Shown: positions 1 to 10,988 of the stretch, piece by piece | Position numbering within the stretch: the stretch's first letter is position 1 | Layout of the letters: every line of letters starts with the position of its first letter | NCBI GenBank assembly: GCA_050696795.1 | Contig: JBOGYJ010000081.1 | Span: 1-60,754, forward strand | DNA length: 60,754 nt | From: Solirubrobacteraceae bacterium | GTDB taxonomy: Bacteria > Actinomycetota > Thermoleophilia > Solirubrobacterales > Solirubrobacteraceae | Reading direction: 5' to 3' | Position numbers and translations under genes: made by a program | The notes under the pieces: model-generated | The model's input: only the letters and a program-made list of their open reading frames with translations | Told to the model about the DNA's origin: nothing | The model's database searches: none

Positions 1-187
1 CTCCAGCCGCATTGCCGGCCAGCGCGTCCCTTGCTTGCGGCGGCATGGCTGGAAGCATAAATGCCCCGTCCCCCGAATCCGCCTCCTGGCCGCATCCGGT
101 TACAGGATCTTCACATGCAAGCTGCACGGATTCCGGAGCGGCCGGCTCTATGCAAGCTCTTACGAGCAATCGGTACTGTGTGCGCCC

Positions 188-1045
188 ATGGCGTCCCGTA
201 AAGAGCAGAAGGAACAGGCGCGCGCCGCGCGCATCGCACAGGAGCAGGCGGCCGCTGCCGGCGCGCAGCGCACCCGCCGCATACAGATCTTTGGTGGCGC
301 CATCGCCATCGCGGTGATCGTGATCGTCGTCGTGATCGCGGTGTCGAGCAGCGGCGGTGGTAACGCGATCAAGCCCGAGAGCGTGGCGGCCAAGGCAGCG
401 GTCAAGCACGTCAACGGCCTGCTCGCCGGAATCCCCCAGTCCGGCAACACCCTCGGAAAGCCGAGCGCTCCGGTCACCATCACCGAGTACGGCGATCTGG
501 AGTGCTCGATCTGCGACGTGCTCGCCACGCCCACCAGCTTCACCAACCCTGAGCAGGAGCAGGGTTCGGGCTGGGCGGACCAGCTGATCACGGACTACGT
601 GCGCACCGGCAAGGCAAAGTTCGTCTACCGGTCGCTCGAGACCGCCTCTGGCGCGAACCCTGACAGGAATGCCTTCGTGCAGCAGCAGGTGGCGGCCGAG
701 GCGGCCGGCCTGCAGGGGAAGGAGTGGTACTTCATCGAGCTGATGTACAACCAGCAGGGCCCGGAGCGGAACAACTACGTCACCGAGAGCTACCTACAGG
801 GGATCGCCAAGCAGATCCCGGGGCTGAACTTCAAGAAGTGGATGTCCGACCGCAAGCTGGCCAAACTCAAGAACCAGCTCAGCGTGGAGAGTCAGCAGGG
901 CATCAACGCCGATGGCGGTCCGAAAAAGGTGTCCACCCCCACGGTTGTGATCAGCGGGCCGCGTGGCGCAGCCAGCCCGATTATCGGCCTGCCCACGAGT
1001 GGCTACAGCGGCTACGTGGCCGCGATCAAGGCTGTCGTCGGCTAG
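188..1045 (+). CDS. dsbA: Membrane-anchored DsbA-family thiol-disulfide oxidoreductase
   Basis: Basic N-terminus plus TM helix; GKPSAPVTITEYGDLECSIC (CxxC); cis-Pro loop STPT; adjacent to VKOR; start chosen at ATG 188. Confidence 0.85.
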   Translation: MASRKEQKEQARAARIAQEQAAAAGAQRTRRIQIFGGAIAIAVIVIVVVIAVSSSGGGNAIKPESVAAKAAVKHVNGLLAGIPQSGNTLGKPSAPVTITEYGDLECSICDVLATPTSFTNPEQEQGSGWADQLITDYVRTGKAKFVYRSLETASGANPDRNAFVQQQVAAEAAGLQGKEWYFIELMYNQQGPERNNYVTESYLQGIAKQIPGLNFKKWMSDRKLAKLKNQLSVESQQGINADGGPKKVSTPTVVISGPRGAASPIIGLPTSGYSGYVAAIKAVVG

Positions 1046-1073
1046 CCGAAGACGGAGCTCGATCGCAGCGCGC

Positions 1074-1526
1074 ATGAGCCCCCCGGTCAAGCTCGCGGAC
1101 ACGAGCCGCCTGAGCAAGGCGATCCTCCTGATCGCCCTGCTCGGCACGCTCGAGGCCGCCTACCTGACCTACGTCCACTATCACGGCCTCGGCGCGCTGG
1201 CGTGCATCGGCGGCAGCCACGGAAAGTCGAGCTGCGAGCAGGTGCAATCATCGGTTTACTCGACGCTCGACGGGCTTCCGATCGTGTGGCTGGGACTGCT
1301 GGGCTATCTGTCGATCCTCGGCTCGCTGTTCGTCAGGGGCGAGCTCGGGCGTGGCGCCGGGTTCTGCATCGCCCTGATCGGCTTCGGCTTCAGCGTGTAC
1401 CTGACGTACCGCGAGGTGTTCACGCTGAAGGAGATCTGCGAGTGGTGCGTCGGCAGCGCAGTGCTCATGACGCTCCTCGCCGTGCTGACCGCGATCCGCT
1501 TCCTGCGCGGCGCACCGTCAACGTAG
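1074..1526 (+). CDS. vkor: Vitamin K epoxide reductase (VKOR) family protein
   Basis: Loop Cys pair (ACIGG...SCEQVQSS), TM helices, C-terminal CEWC motif. Confidence 0.9.
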   Translation: MSPPVKLADTSRLSKAILLIALLGTLEAAYLTYVHYHGLGALACIGGSHGKSSCEQVQSSVYSTLDGLPIVWLGLLGYLSILGSLFVRGELGRGAGFCIALIGFGFSVYLTYREVFTLKEICEWCVGSAVLMTLLAVLTAIRFLRGAPST

Positions 1527-1549
1527 CCGCCGTCCAGCGGGACGGCGGC
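1526..1549 (+). terminator. GC-rich hairpin after vkor
   Basis: gccgccgtcc-agcg-ggacggcggc, 10-bp perfect stem. Confidence 0.5.
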
Positions 1550-1629
1550 CGGCGGCCGTTCACACCATCTTCACCGCCGCTTCCCCGAGACGTCACGAAC
1601 CCGCATACGTGGGTAGCAATGCTGCTGTT

Positions 1630-2166
1630 ATGCAACTTCCCGCAAGTGGCGAGCGTGCTCTCGCCCACATCCACCTGATCTACGTCGGTCCGCTCGATGA
1701 GCAGCATCGCGTGCGCGCTCTCGCCGAGGCGTTCCTCGCGGCCCGCGACCACGACCCTCGGTTGCAGCTGCTGATCGGGGGCGATGGCGCCGAGCGCGAA
1801 TGGCTCGAGCACCACCTCGGCCATGCCGCCACCTTCCTCGGGCCGCTGAGCGCAACCCAACTCAGCGAGCTGATCACCCAGGCCGATCTGCTCGTCTCCC
1901 CCACCTCCGGCGCCGACACGGCGGCGACGATCGTCGAGGCCCAGCGCGAGGGCGTCGCCGTGCTCGCCGTCGACGGCGGCGAGGCCGCCACGCTGATCGA
2001 GAACGGCCGCAGCGGCTTCCTCGTGCCGGATGACCCGGTCGCGCTCACGGACGCGATCCGCTGGCTCTCCCGCCGCGCCACGCTGCGCGAGCGGCTCGCA
2101 ATCGGAGGACGCCGGGCCGCCGATGAGCGGCTCCCGTCCGCGCGGGAGCGGATCATGAGTGCATGA
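1630..2166 (+). CDS. Glycosyltransferase (GT-B/GT4) C-terminal domain only
   Basis: LIYVGPL...IGGDG...FLG...ADLLVSP...IVEA...G...ENGRSGFLVP pattern; no N-terminal acceptor domain; stop overlaps ppx start (ATGA). Confidence 0.65.
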   Translation: MQLPASGERALAHIHLIYVGPLDEQHRVRALAEAFLAARDHDPRLQLLIGGDGAEREWLEHHLGHAATFLGPLSATQLSELITQADLLVSPTSGADTAATIVEAQREGVAVLAVDGGEAATLIENGRSGFLVPDDPVALTDAIRWLSRRATLRERLAIGGRRAADERLPSARERIMSA

Positions 2167-3758
2167 GTTGGAGGAGCACGCGTGCGGCCGCGCAGAGCGG
2201 AAGCGAGCCGCGGCATGTCGCGGTGATTGACCTCGGCTCGAACTCCTGGCGGCTGGTGATCTACAGCTACGGCCCCGATGCACCGCAGGAGTGGTGGAAG
2301 CAGACCGACGAGCTCTACGAGTCGGTGCGCATCGGCAGCGGCATGGCCGCGACTGGCGCCCTCAGCGATGATGCCATGGACCGCGGCCTCGAGACGCTCG
2401 CGATCTTCGCGCGCTTCTGCCACGCCAACGGGCTGGGCGACGATGACGTGCACGTGTTCGCCACCAGCGCGATCCGCGACGCCAACAACGGCGAGCGGTT
2501 CCTGTCGCGCGTGCGCGAAACAACCGGCTATGAGGTCGAGGTCCTCTCGACCGCCGCGGAGGCGCACTACGGCTATGTCGCCGCGATCAACTCAACCACG
2601 CTCGGCGATGGTGTCGTGCTCGACATCGGCGGCGGCAGCATGCAGCTGATCCAGGTCGAGAACCGGCGCGAGCGCGCCAGCGTCTCGCTCCCGATCGGCG
2701 CGGTGCGGATGACCGAGGCCTTCCTCTCCGGCGGCGACCCCGACAAAGGCACGCGCAAGAAGGACCTGCAACGCCTGCGCGACCACCTCGCCGCCGAACT
2801 CGCCGCCGCCGACTGGCTGAGCGGCCGCGGTGGCCGCCTGGTCGGCACCGGCGGCGCCGTGCGCAACCTCGCCGCCGCCGCCCAGCGGGCGCAGTTCGGC
2901 GCCGCGGGTGGCACCGACATCGGGATCCAGGGGTTTGTCGTGAGCGCCGCGGCGCTCGAGCAGCTCGTCGGCACGCTGGCGGCGCTACCCGTCGGCGAGC
3001 GCCGCGGCGTCCCCGGCATCAAGCCAGGACGCGGCGACATCATCCTGGCCGCGGCCGTGGCGCTGCAGACGGTGGTCGAGCTTGGTGGCTTCGATGGGAT
3101 CGAGGCCACCAAGTCCGGCCTGCGTGACGGCATCTTCCTGGCGCGCACGATCCTCGGTGAGGAGAAGCCTCGCTTCCCGGAGGTGCGCCGGGCGGCGGTC
3201 CGGAACCTCGCGGTCCAGTACGAGTCCGATCTCCCGCACACCGAGCATGTCGCCCACCTGGCGCTGCAGATGCACGAGTCGCTTGCCTCAGGCGGCCTGT
3301 TCGATCCCGCGGAGGGCGAGACCGAGCTGCTGTGGGCCGCCGCGATGCTGCACGACGTCGGTATGACCATCTCCTACGGCGATCACCACAAGCACTCGCG
3401 CTATCTGATCGTCAGCGCCGAGCTGCCCGGCTTCGATCCGCGCGAGCGCGCTCTGATCGCGCAGATGACCCGCTACCACCGCAAGGGGGTGCCGAAGCTC
3501 GGCGAGTGGTCCAAGCTCGCCCGCGACGGCGACGATGAGATGCTCGACCGCTGCGCGCTGATCCTGCGCCTGGCCGAGCACCTCGAGCGTGGACGCGACC
3601 AGTCGGTCAGCGGGGTGCACCTGCGCTCCAACGGCGACGGCGTCTCGCTGCATCTGCTCGCCGAGGGTGACCTGACGCTGCCGCGCTGGAGCGTGGAGCG
3701 CTACGGCGACGACGAGGCGTTCGAGCGGACCTTCCACCGGCCGCTGGTGATCGGGTGA
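2163..3758 (+). CDS. ppx: Exopolyphosphatase Ppx/GppA with C-terminal HD domain
   Basis: VIDLGSNS, ATSAIRDA, DIGGGSMQ, GLRDG, LHDVG motifs. Confidence 0.93.
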   Translation: MSWRSTRAAAQSGSEPRHVAVIDLGSNSWRLVIYSYGPDAPQEWWKQTDELYESVRIGSGMAATGALSDDAMDRGLETLAIFARFCHANGLGDDDVHVFATSAIRDANNGERFLSRVRETTGYEVEVLSTAAEAHYGYVAAINSTTLGDGVVLDIGGGSMQLIQVENRRERASVSLPIGAVRMTEAFLSGGDPDKGTRKKDLQRLRDHLAAELAAADWLSGRGGRLVGTGGAVRNLAAAAQRAQFGAAGGTDIGIQGFVVSAAALEQLVGTLAALPVGERRGVPGIKPGRGDIILAAAVALQTVVELGGFDGIEATKSGLRDGIFLARTILGEEKPRFPEVRRAAVRNLAVQYESDLPHTEHVAHLALQMHESLASGGLFDPAEGETELLWAAAMLHDVGMTISYGDHHKHSRYLIVSAELPGFDPRERALIAQMTRYHRKGVPKLGEWSKLARDGDDEMLDRCALILRLAEHLERGRDQSVSGVHLRSNGDGVSLHLLAEGDLTLPRWSVERYGDDEAFERTFHRPLVIG

Positions 3759-3836
3759 TAGGCGCCAGCGCCGGCGCCCGTCCCGAACGCACGGGATCCT
3801 GTGGCCGGTCGCGACGCGCGGCGTAGTCTTCGAAGC

Positions 3837-4277
3837 ATGCTCTGGTTGTTGCGCCACGCCGAGGCAGCTGAGGGCCGTCCCGATGAGGCGCGGCCGCTGA
3901 CCTCGCGCGGGATCGAGCAAGCCCGTACTGTGGGGCTCGCACTCGCCAGGTTAGGCGTGAAGCTCGACAGCTGCCTGTCGAGCCCCAAGCGCCGCGCGCT
4001 GGAGACTGCACAGCTCGCCTGCGAGCGGCTCGGGGTCGAGGTCATCGCGGAGTCCGCGATCGCCGGATCGACGTACGACCCCGAGGGGCTCACGGCCGGC
4101 CTCGGCGAGGCGCTGCTGGTCGGGCACAACCCGGCGATCTCCAATGTGCTGCGCGACATGACCGGCGCGCGTCTGCATATGCGCAAGGGCGGAATCGCGG
4201 CGGTACGGCGCGGCGAGCTGGTCCTGCTGCTGACGCCCACCGAGCTGGCGGCGATCGCCGGACCGGCAGACGCATGA
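3837..4277 (+). CDS. sixA: SixA-type phosphohistidine phosphatase
   Basis: LLRHAEA...RPLT...SSPKRRALETA...VGHNP motifs. Confidence 0.85.
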   Translation: MLWLLRHAEAAEGRPDEARPLTSRGIEQARTVGLALARLGVKLDSCLSSPKRRALETAQLACERLGVEVIAESAIAGSTYDPEGLTAGLGEALLVGHNPAISNVLRDMTGARLHMRKGGIAAVRRGELVLLLTPTELAAIAGPADA

Positions 4278-6400
4278 CCGACTCGATGCTGACCCAGGAA
4301 GACGTCGGCGGTGGTGACGACGAAGCACGCGACCTGAGCAGCCCCGCGCTCTACACCAATCGCGAGCTGTCCTGGCTGGCCTTCAACGAACGCGTACTCG
4401 AACTCGCCGAGGACGACCACCAGCCGTTGCTCGAGCGCCTCAAGTTCCTGGCGATCTACACCTCCAACCTCGACGAGTTCTTCATGGTCCGCGTCGCGGG
4501 CGTGCACGAGCAGATCGAGGCACGCGTCGACCGCAGCGCAGCTGATGGCCTGACGGCAACGCAGCTGATGGAGGAGATCGCCGGCAAGGCGCGCGCGCTC
4601 GACCGGCGCCACTCGCGGCAGTTCAGCGACGTGATCGCGCCCGCCCTCGCCGCCGAGGGGATCAGGATCGTCTCCTGCACCGAGTCGGGCGCCAGCCCGG
4701 AGCGGCTCAAGCGCCACTTCCTCGAGCACATCTTCCCAGTGCTCACACCTCTGGCGATCGGTCCTGGCCGGCCCTTCCCCTACATCTCGAATCTCTCACT
4801 CAGCCTGCTCGTGCACCTGCACGACCCGGCGCTCGAAACCGAGCTCTACGCCCGCGTGAAGGTGCCCAAGGAGGTGCTGCCGCGCTTCGTCGAGATCGAC
4901 AGGGACACGTTCGTGCCGCTCGAGGACATCATCGCCCACCACCTCGACCAGCTCTTCCCCGGCATGGATGTCGTCTCGCACAGCCTCTTCCGCGTGACAC
5001 GGGATGCCGACTTCGATATCTCCGACGAGGCCGACGATCTGCTCGCCGCGGTCGAGGACGAGTTGCGGCGCCGGCGCTTCGGCGAGGTGGTGCGGCTCGA
5101 GGTCGCTAGCGACATCGAGCCTGCGCTGCGCGAACGGCTGGTCGACTGGCTGGACCTGGTCGCCAACCAGGTCTACGACGAGCAAGGCATGCTCGACCTC
5201 TCGGACCTCTGGCAGATCGTCGGGATCGAGGGCCACCCGGAGCTGCGCCAGCGCTCGTGGGCGCCGCTGACGCATCCCGCCCTGCGCCCACGCCCCGACG
5301 ACACCGGCGAGCAGGCGGACATCTTCGCGCAGATGCGCGAGGGCGCGTTCCTCGTGCACTACCCCTACCACTCGTTCTCGGCGAGCGTCGAGCGTCTGGT
5401 CATGCAGGCGGCGGTGGACCCGAACGTGCTGGCGATCAAGATGACCGTGTACCGCACCTCCGATGACTCGGAGCTGGTCCCGGCGCTGGTCACGGCCGCC
5501 GAGAACGGCAAGCAGGCGGTCTGCATGGTGGAGCTCAAGGCGCGCTTCGACGAGCGCCTGAACATCCGCTGGTCGCGCGAGCTCGAAGAGGTCGGCGCGC
5601 ACGTGGTGCACGGTATCCCCGGCCTCAAGACGCACGCCAAGACGATCCTCGTGGTCCGCCGCGAGCACGACGAGGTGCGCCACTACGTGATGATCGGGAC
5701 TGGCAACTTTCACGCCAAGAACGCACGGCTGTACGACGACTTCGGGTTCTTCACCACAGATCGCGAAACCGGCCAAGAGGTAGCGAACCTGTTCAACGCA
5801 CTGACCGGCTACGCCCATCCTGGACGCGGCCGCAAGCTGCTGGTCGCGCCGGACTTCATGCGCGAGCCGCTGCTCGAGCTGATCGAGCGCACGATCGCCG
5901 CGCGCCGCGATGGCCGGCACGCCCGCATCCGCATGAAGATGAACTCGCTGGTCGACGAGCGCTGCATCGAGGGCCTCTACCGCGCCTCGCAGGCCGGCGT
6001 GCCGATCGAGCTGAGCGTCCGCGGCATCTGCTGCCTGACCCCCGGGGTTCCCGGCGTCAGCGAGACGATCAACGTCGTCTCCGTCGTCGGGCGCTTCCTC
6101 GAGCACTCGCGCATCTTCTCCTTCGAATTCGGCGATGAGCGCGTCATGTACATCGGCTCAGCCGACCTGATGCAGCGCAACCTCGACGCGCGCGTCGAGC
6201 TGCTGGTGCCGATCGAGCGCCCCGAGCTGCAGGCCGAGCTCAACGACACGATCGACCGCTGTCTGGCGGACGACACGACCGCCTGGACGCTGGCCTCCGA
6301 CGGCACCTGGAACCGCCGCACAGGCCGCACGCGCTCCGTACACCGCGAGCTGATGGAGCGGACACAGGCCTCGGCCTCCGGGCTGCCGACGATCAGCTGA
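4274..6400 (+). CDS. ppk1: Polyphosphate kinase 1
   Basis: NRELSWLAFNERVL, SNLDEFFMVRV, ELKARFDE, KTHAK, GRFLEHSR, GSADLMQRNLD. Confidence 0.97.
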   Translation: MTDSMLTQEDVGGGDDEARDLSSPALYTNRELSWLAFNERVLELAEDDHQPLLERLKFLAIYTSNLDEFFMVRVAGVHEQIEARVDRSAADGLTATQLMEEIAGKARALDRRHSRQFSDVIAPALAAEGIRIVSCTESGASPERLKRHFLEHIFPVLTPLAIGPGRPFPYISNLSLSLLVHLHDPALETELYARVKVPKEVLPRFVEIDRDTFVPLEDIIAHHLDQLFPGMDVVSHSLFRVTRDADFDISDEADDLLAAVEDELRRRRFGEVVRLEVASDIEPALRERLVDWLDLVANQVYDEQGMLDLSDLWQIVGIEGHPELRQRSWAPLTHPALRPRPDDTGEQADIFAQMREGAFLVHYPYHSFSASVERLVMQAAVDPNVLAIKMTVYRTSDDSELVPALVTAAENGKQAVCMVELKARFDERLNIRWSRELEEVGAHVVHGIPGLKTHAKTILVVRREHDEVRHYVMIGTGNFHAKNARLYDDFGFFTTDRETGQEVANLFNALTGYAHPGRGRKLLVAPDFMREPLLELIERTIAARRDGRHARIRMKMNSLVDERCIEGLYRASQAGVPIELSVRGICCLTPGVPGVSETINVVSVVGRFLEHSRIFSFEFGDERVMYIGSADLMQRNLDARVELLVPIERPELQAELNDTIDRCLADDTTAWTLASDGTWNRRTGRTRSVHRELMERTQASASGLPTIS

Positions 6401-6448
6401 GCCGGCGCGGACTGACGCGGGGCGGACTGAACCGGCCGGGGCTCGGTA

Positions 6449-6474
6449 GGCGGCGGCCAAGCGGGGCCGCCGCC
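6449..6474. terminator. Hairpin between convergent ppk1 and htrA
   Basis: ggcggcggcc-aagcgg-ggccgccgcc, 10-bp stem. Confidence 0.5.
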
Positions 6475-6486
6475 ATCCCTGACGAG

Positions 6487-7614
6487 TCAGCCGGCGTTCG
6501 GGGCTGAGGCCGGCCGTACGCCCAGCGTGACCGTGACGCGGGTGGTCTGGTGGCTCGGCGTGACGATCGTCAGCTTCACCTTGGCACCGGGCTTGTAGCC
6601 GCTGATCACCGAGATGAAGCCATCGCTGCTGGTGACCGGCGTGTCGTTGACCTTGGTGATCACATCACCCGAGACAAGCCCGGCCTTGGCGGCCGGCGAG
6701 CCCGGGACGACCGCCTCACTCGAGCCGGTGCCGGCGCCGCCGATCTCGGCCCCCGGGGTGGTGGTCGAGCCATTGAGGCTGACGCCCACGTAGGGGTGCT
6801 CCACCTTCTTTCCGGCGATGATCGTGTTCGCCACCTGCACGTCAGTGTTGCCCGGCGTGGCGAAGCCGACCCCGGAGCTGTCGCCGCTGCTCGTCTGGAT
6901 CTGGTCGTTGAGCCCGAGGGCCTGGCCGTTGCCGTCGAGCAGCGGGCCGCCCGAGTTGCCGGGGTTGATCGCCGCGTCGGTCTGGATTGCCGCCGGGATC
7001 TGGTAGCCGTTGGGCGCCTCGATGGTGCGGCCGACAGCGCTGACGATCCCCGCGGTGGTGGTTTCGGGCAGGCTGAAGGGGCTGCCGATCGCGACCACCG
7101 GATCTCCGACCTGCGCGTGGTCCGAGTTCGCGAACGGGATCGGGTGCAGCTCCGACGGCTTGGCGTCAACCCTGAGTACCGCAACGTCGCTGGAGGGATC
7201 GGTGCCGAGCACCTTCGCGGGCAGGCTGAGGCCATCCTGGAAGTTGACGGTGGCGCTGGAGGCACCGGAGACGACGTGCTCGTCGGTGAGGATGTCGCCC
7301 TGCTTGTCGTAGACGACGCCCGCGCCCTCGTCCTGGGTGGTCTGCGACGGGGTGCTGAAGAAGCCGTTGTTGGAGCCCTGTTGCACCGACTTGACGACGA
7401 TGTCGACGACGCCGGGGCTGTCCATCTTGTAGATCTGGTTGACGCTCAGGCCGCTGGTGGTCGTGCTGTTGGCAGTCGGGATCGAGCTCGAGCCGGACGA
7501 GCCGACCTGCTCGATCACCGTCTTGTTCGTGCCGCCGTTGGAGACGAGCAGCGCGATGACCGCACCCGCGACCGCGCCTGCAATCACAGGCAGCACTTTC
7601 ATGAGGCGGGACAT
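6487..7614 (-). CDS. htrA: HtrA/DegP-family serine protease with PDZ domain
   Basis: TM anchor, LTDEHVV, SDVAVL, IQTDAAINPGNSGGPL, PDZ (SPAAKAGL..GDVI); AGGAG upstream of ATG 7614. Confidence 0.93.
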   Translation of the reverse strand: MSRLMKVLPVIAGAVAGAVIALLVSNGGTNKTVIEQVGSSGSSSIPTANSTTTSGLSVNQIYKMDSPGVVDIVVKSVQQGSNNGFFSTPSQTTQDEGAGVVYDKQGDILTDEHVVSGASSATVNFQDGLSLPAKVLGTDPSSDVAVLRVDAKPSELHPIPFANSDHAQVGDPVVAIGSPFSLPETTTAGIVSAVGRTIEAPNGYQIPAAIQTDAAINPGNSGGPLLDGNGQALGLNDQIQTSSGDSSGVGFATPGNTDVQVANTIIAGKKVEHPYVGVSLNGSTTTPGAEIGGAGTGSSEAVVPGSPAAKAGLVSGDVITKVNDTPVTSSDGFISVISGYKPGAKVKLTIVTPSHQTTRVTVTLGVRPASAPNAG

Positions 7615-7734
7615 GGTGGTGGGTATTCTCCTGTCGAAGCTTGCTTGGTCTCTTACCCTCTGCCCATGATCGTGGCGGGGCACTGCTAGAGCTTCATAAG
7701 AGTCGCGCCGTCCGGGCTTTCTGCAAGCCCGCGA

Positions 7735-9702
7735 CTACTGCTCTGCGGCGGCGCGCTCGATGAACGGCGCCAGCGCGCCGGGATTGGCCAGTGACTCCCG
7801 GCTGACGGCACGTTCCACGGGCATGCCGGTGAGGATGCGCTTGACGGGCACCTCGAGCGCCTTGCCCGAGAGTGTGCGCGGCACCTCGGCGATCGGGGTG
7901 ATCGCGTCGGGCAGGTGACGCGGCGAGCATTGCCGGCGCAGCTGGCTGCGGATGGTGGATTGCAGGGCGTCGTCGAGCTCGGTGCCTGTTTGCAGCACCA
8001 CGAACAGCTCCATCCAGCCGTCGGTACCGGGCCGTGGCAGGTCGACCACGAGCGCGTCGCGGATCTGGTCGAGCGCAAGCACCGCGCGGTAGATCTCGGC
8101 CGTGCCGATGCGCACCCCGCCGCGGTTGATCGTGGCGTCCGAGCGACCGTGGATGATTGCGGCGCCGTCGCCGGTCAGCTCGATCCAGTCGCCGTGGCGC
8201 CAGACCCCGGGGTAGGTCGCGAAATAGCTCTCGCGATAACGCTCGCCGCCAGCGTCGCCCCAGAGGCCGACCGGCATCGACGGCATCGGCTGCGTGATGA
8301 CGAGCTCGCCCACCTGGTCGGTGTGCGCGTTGCCCTGCTCGTCCCAGGACTCGACCGCGGCGCCCAGCGAGCGCGCCTGGAGCTCGCCGGCGCGCACCGG
8401 CAGCGTCGGTACGCCGCCGACGAAGGCGGTGCACACGTCGGTCCCGCCCGAGGTCGAGAACAGCCAGAGGTCCTCGCCCACGGACTCATAGACCCAGCGG
8501 AACGCCTCGGGCGCGAGCGGCGAGCCCGTCGAACCGAGCGCGCGCAGACGGCTCAGGTCGCGCTTGTGCCGTGGGACGACGTGCGCCTTCATGCTGGCGG
8601 CGATGAAGGCCGCGCTGGTCCCGAAGCAGGTCATTCCGGTGTCTTCCGCAAGGTCCCACAGGGCGCCCAGGTCGGGGTGGCCGGGGTTGCCGTCGTAGAG
8701 CACGATCGAGGCTTCGGTCAGCAGCACGCCGACCAGGAAGTTCCACATCATCCAGCCGGTGGTGGTGAACCAGAAGACCTTGTCGCCCGTCTGGGCGTCG
8801 AGGTGCAGGTTTGAGACCTTGAGCTGCTCGAGCAGAATCCCGCCCTGGCTGTGGACGATCGCCTTGGGCAGGCCGGTGGTGCCGGAGCTGTAGAGCACCC
8901 ACAGTGGATGTTCGAACGGCACGGGCGTGCATTCCAGCTCGCCCGCCTGCGCTTTGGCAGGCGAGCTTCCGGACGCTGGTGGGAAGTCGGTCGGCCAGCC
9001 GCTCTGGTCGAGGTAGCCGAAGCGGACCAGGTGCGGCTGCGAGGGAATCGCTACGACGATCTCTTCGACGGTGGCGGCGCGGTCGAAGTCCCTGCCGCCA
9101 TAGCGGTAACCATCGATGCCGAGCAGCACCTTCGGTTCGATCTGGCTGAAGCGATCGATCACGGCGCGGGCGCCGAACTCCGGCGCGGCGGATGACCAGA
9201 TCGCGCCGATGCTGGCGCAGGCGAGCAGCGCGGCGACCGTCTCGGGGATGTTCGGCATGTAGGCGGCCACCGTGTCGCCTGGTCGTACGCCGAGGGCTTT
9301 CAATCCTGCCGCGATGCGAGCGGTTTCGCATTGCAGTTCGCCCCAAGTCCAGCTGTTTGGCGGGCGGGTTTCGGAGGTGTGCTGGATCGCGAGCGCCCGC
9401 GGGTCGCGGTTTCTGAACAGGTGCTCTGCATAGTTCAGCGTCGCGCCCTCGAACCAGCGGGCGCCGGGCATCTCGTGGCTCGACAGGGTTGTGGTGGGCG
9501 GCGTCGTGAACCGCACCCCGAAGTACTCGACGATCGATTCCCAGAAGGCCTCGACGTTCTCCACGGACCAGCGGTGCAGCGTCTGATAGTCGGGGAGTTG
9601 CTGGTTACGGGTGTCCACGAGCCAGGCCCGGTAGCGCTCGACCGCCGCGTGCTGGACGCGCTGCGCTGAGGGCGCCCAGAGAACCTCACGTGCGGCTGAC
9701 AT
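7735..9702 (-). CDS. Acetoacetate--CoA ligase
   Basis: [42 protein letters not shown] motifs. Confidence 0.92.
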   Translation of the reverse strand: MSAAREVLWAPSAQRVQHAAVERYRAWLVDTRNQQLPDYQTLHRWSVENVEAFWESIVEYFGVRFTTPPTTTLSSHEMPGARWFEGATLNYAEHLFRNRDPRALAIQHTSETRPPNSWTWGELQCETARIAAGLKALGVRPGDTVAAYMPNIPETVAALLACASIGAIWSSAAPEFGARAVIDRFSQIEPKVLLGIDGYRYGGRDFDRAATVEEIVVAIPSQPHLVRFGYLDQSGWPTDFPPASGSSPAKAQAGELECTPVPFEHPLWVLYSSGTTGLPKAIVHSQGGILLEQLKVSNLHLDAQTGDKVFWFTTTGWMMWNFLVGVLLTEASIVLYDGNPGHPDLGALWDLAEDTGMTCFGTSAAFIAASMKAHVVPRHKRDLSRLRALGSTGSPLAPEAFRWVYESVGEDLWLFSTSGGTDVCTAFVGGVPTLPVRAGELQARSLGAAVESWDEQGNAHTDQVGELVITQPMPSMPVGLWGDAGGERYRESYFATYPGVWRHGDWIELTGDGAAIIHGRSDATINRGGVRIGTAEIYRAVLALDQIRDALVVDLPRPGTDGWMELFVVLQTGTELDDALQSTIRSQLRRQCSPRHLPDAITPIAEVPRTLSGKALEVPVKRILTGMPVERAVSRESLANPGALAPFIERAAAEQ

Positions 9703-9787
9703 CCCGGTGAGTATGCGTGACTGGCGCAGGGGCCGCGCGCCGGCTGGCTGTTACATGCGTTTGGCGGCCGGTGGACCGGTGGTCTCG

Positions 9788-10987
9788 TCAGCTCTTTGTG
9801 AGGCTGCGCTGTCTACGACCCGGCGCCGGCCCGATCGGGCCGGCCGGAACCCGCACCAACACATCCAGCCCGCCCTCCAGGGGAGCACTGAGCTCGACCG
9901 TGCCGCCGTGCACCTCGGCCACCGAGCGCACGATCGAGAGGCCCAGGCCGAAGCCACCCGCGGTGCGGCTCAGGCGCCGGAACGGCTCGGTCAGGGACGG
10001 CACTGCCGCGGGATCGATCACGTCCCCGCCGTTGCGGACCAGCACCCTGGCCATCCCGTCGTTGGTCGACGTCATGACGCTGAGCTCGCCGCCCCGGTGG
10101 TTGTGGCGGATCCCGTTCTCGACGAGGTTGGCGAGCATCCGCTCGAGCAGCGCCGAGTCACCACGCGCCACCGCAGGCTCGAGCGAGGTGACGATCTTCA
10201 CCCCCGCGGTCTGCGCGCTGTGGTGCAGGTCGGTGATGCAGTCGCCCACGAGCTCGGAGAGGTCCACCGGCTCCCCGCGAGCGTGGACGCCCTCGCTGCG
10301 CGCGAGCAGCAGCAGCGCGGCGATCAGCGACTCGCTGCGGTCGATCGTGTCCCGCACGGCCTCGCCCATCGCCCGCAGCTCGCCGACGCCCGCATGCGGA
10401 TCGGCGAGCGCGACGTCGATCTCGGTGCGCATGATCGCCAGCGGGGTGCGCATCTCGTGCGAGGCATTGGCGACGAAGTGCTTCTGGCTGGCGAAGGCGG
10501 AATCGAGCCGCATCAGCATGCCGTCGAAGGTGTCGGCAAGCTCCTTGAGCTCGTCGTCGGGACCTTGCAACGCGATGCGCTCCCCCAGGTTCTCACCTGA
10601 GACACGCTGCGCCGCGGCGGTGATCGCACGCAGCGGCGCCAATGCGCGGCCCGCGATCCACCAGCCCAGCGCCACCGAGACACCGGTCATCACCACGAGT
10701 GCGCCTACGTACTCGAGCAGCAGCCGGTGCAGCGCGGCATCAACCGCCTGGTGGTAGCCAGCCTGGAAGGCACGAATGTCCGGGGCTGGCTGCCCAAGTG
10801 GCCGTCCGAACAACGAGTGATAGAGCGCAGCGCCGAGCCCCACCACCTCCGAGCGGAATGTGTGGTGGTGGTCGAGGTTGTGGCGGACGAGCAGGAAACC
10901 GACGGTCAGCAGCGCTGCCGAGCTGATCAGGAAGACACTCCCGTAGATCAGCGTCAGACGCAGCCGAATCGTGCGTGCCCGCCTCAT
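9788..10987 (-). CDS. Membrane sensor histidine kinase (HAMP-HisKA-HATPase), CutS-like
   Basis: Two TM helices, HAMP (GPDDELKELADTFD), FVANASHEMRTPL, NLVENGIRHN, GLGLSIV. Confidence 0.9.
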   Translation of the reverse strand: MRRARTIRLRLTLIYGSVFLISSAALLTVGFLLVRHNLDHHHTFRSEVVGLGAALYHSLFGRPLGQPAPDIRAFQAGYHQAVDAALHRLLLEYVGALVVMTGVSVALGWWIAGRALAPLRAITAAAQRVSGENLGERIALQGPDDELKELADTFDGMLMRLDSAFASQKHFVANASHEMRTPLAIMRTEIDVALADPHAGVGELRAMGEAVRDTIDRSESLIAALLLLARSEGVHARGEPVDLSELVGDCITDLHHSAQTAGVKIVTSLEPAVARGDSALLERMLANLVENGIRHNHRGGELSVMTSTNDGMARVLVRNGGDVIDPAAVPSLTEPFRRLSRTAGGFGLGLSIVRSVAEVHGGTVELSAPLEGGLDVLVRVPAGPIGPAPGRRQRSLTKS

Positions 10988-10988
10988 C

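Noticed and set aside
1..46. Possible - strand gene start (MPPQARDALAG...) running off the left edge
   Set aside because: Too short to support.
60..170. c-di-AMP (ydaO) riboswitch suggested by ccgaatcc
   Set aside because: The remaining consensus elements are absent.
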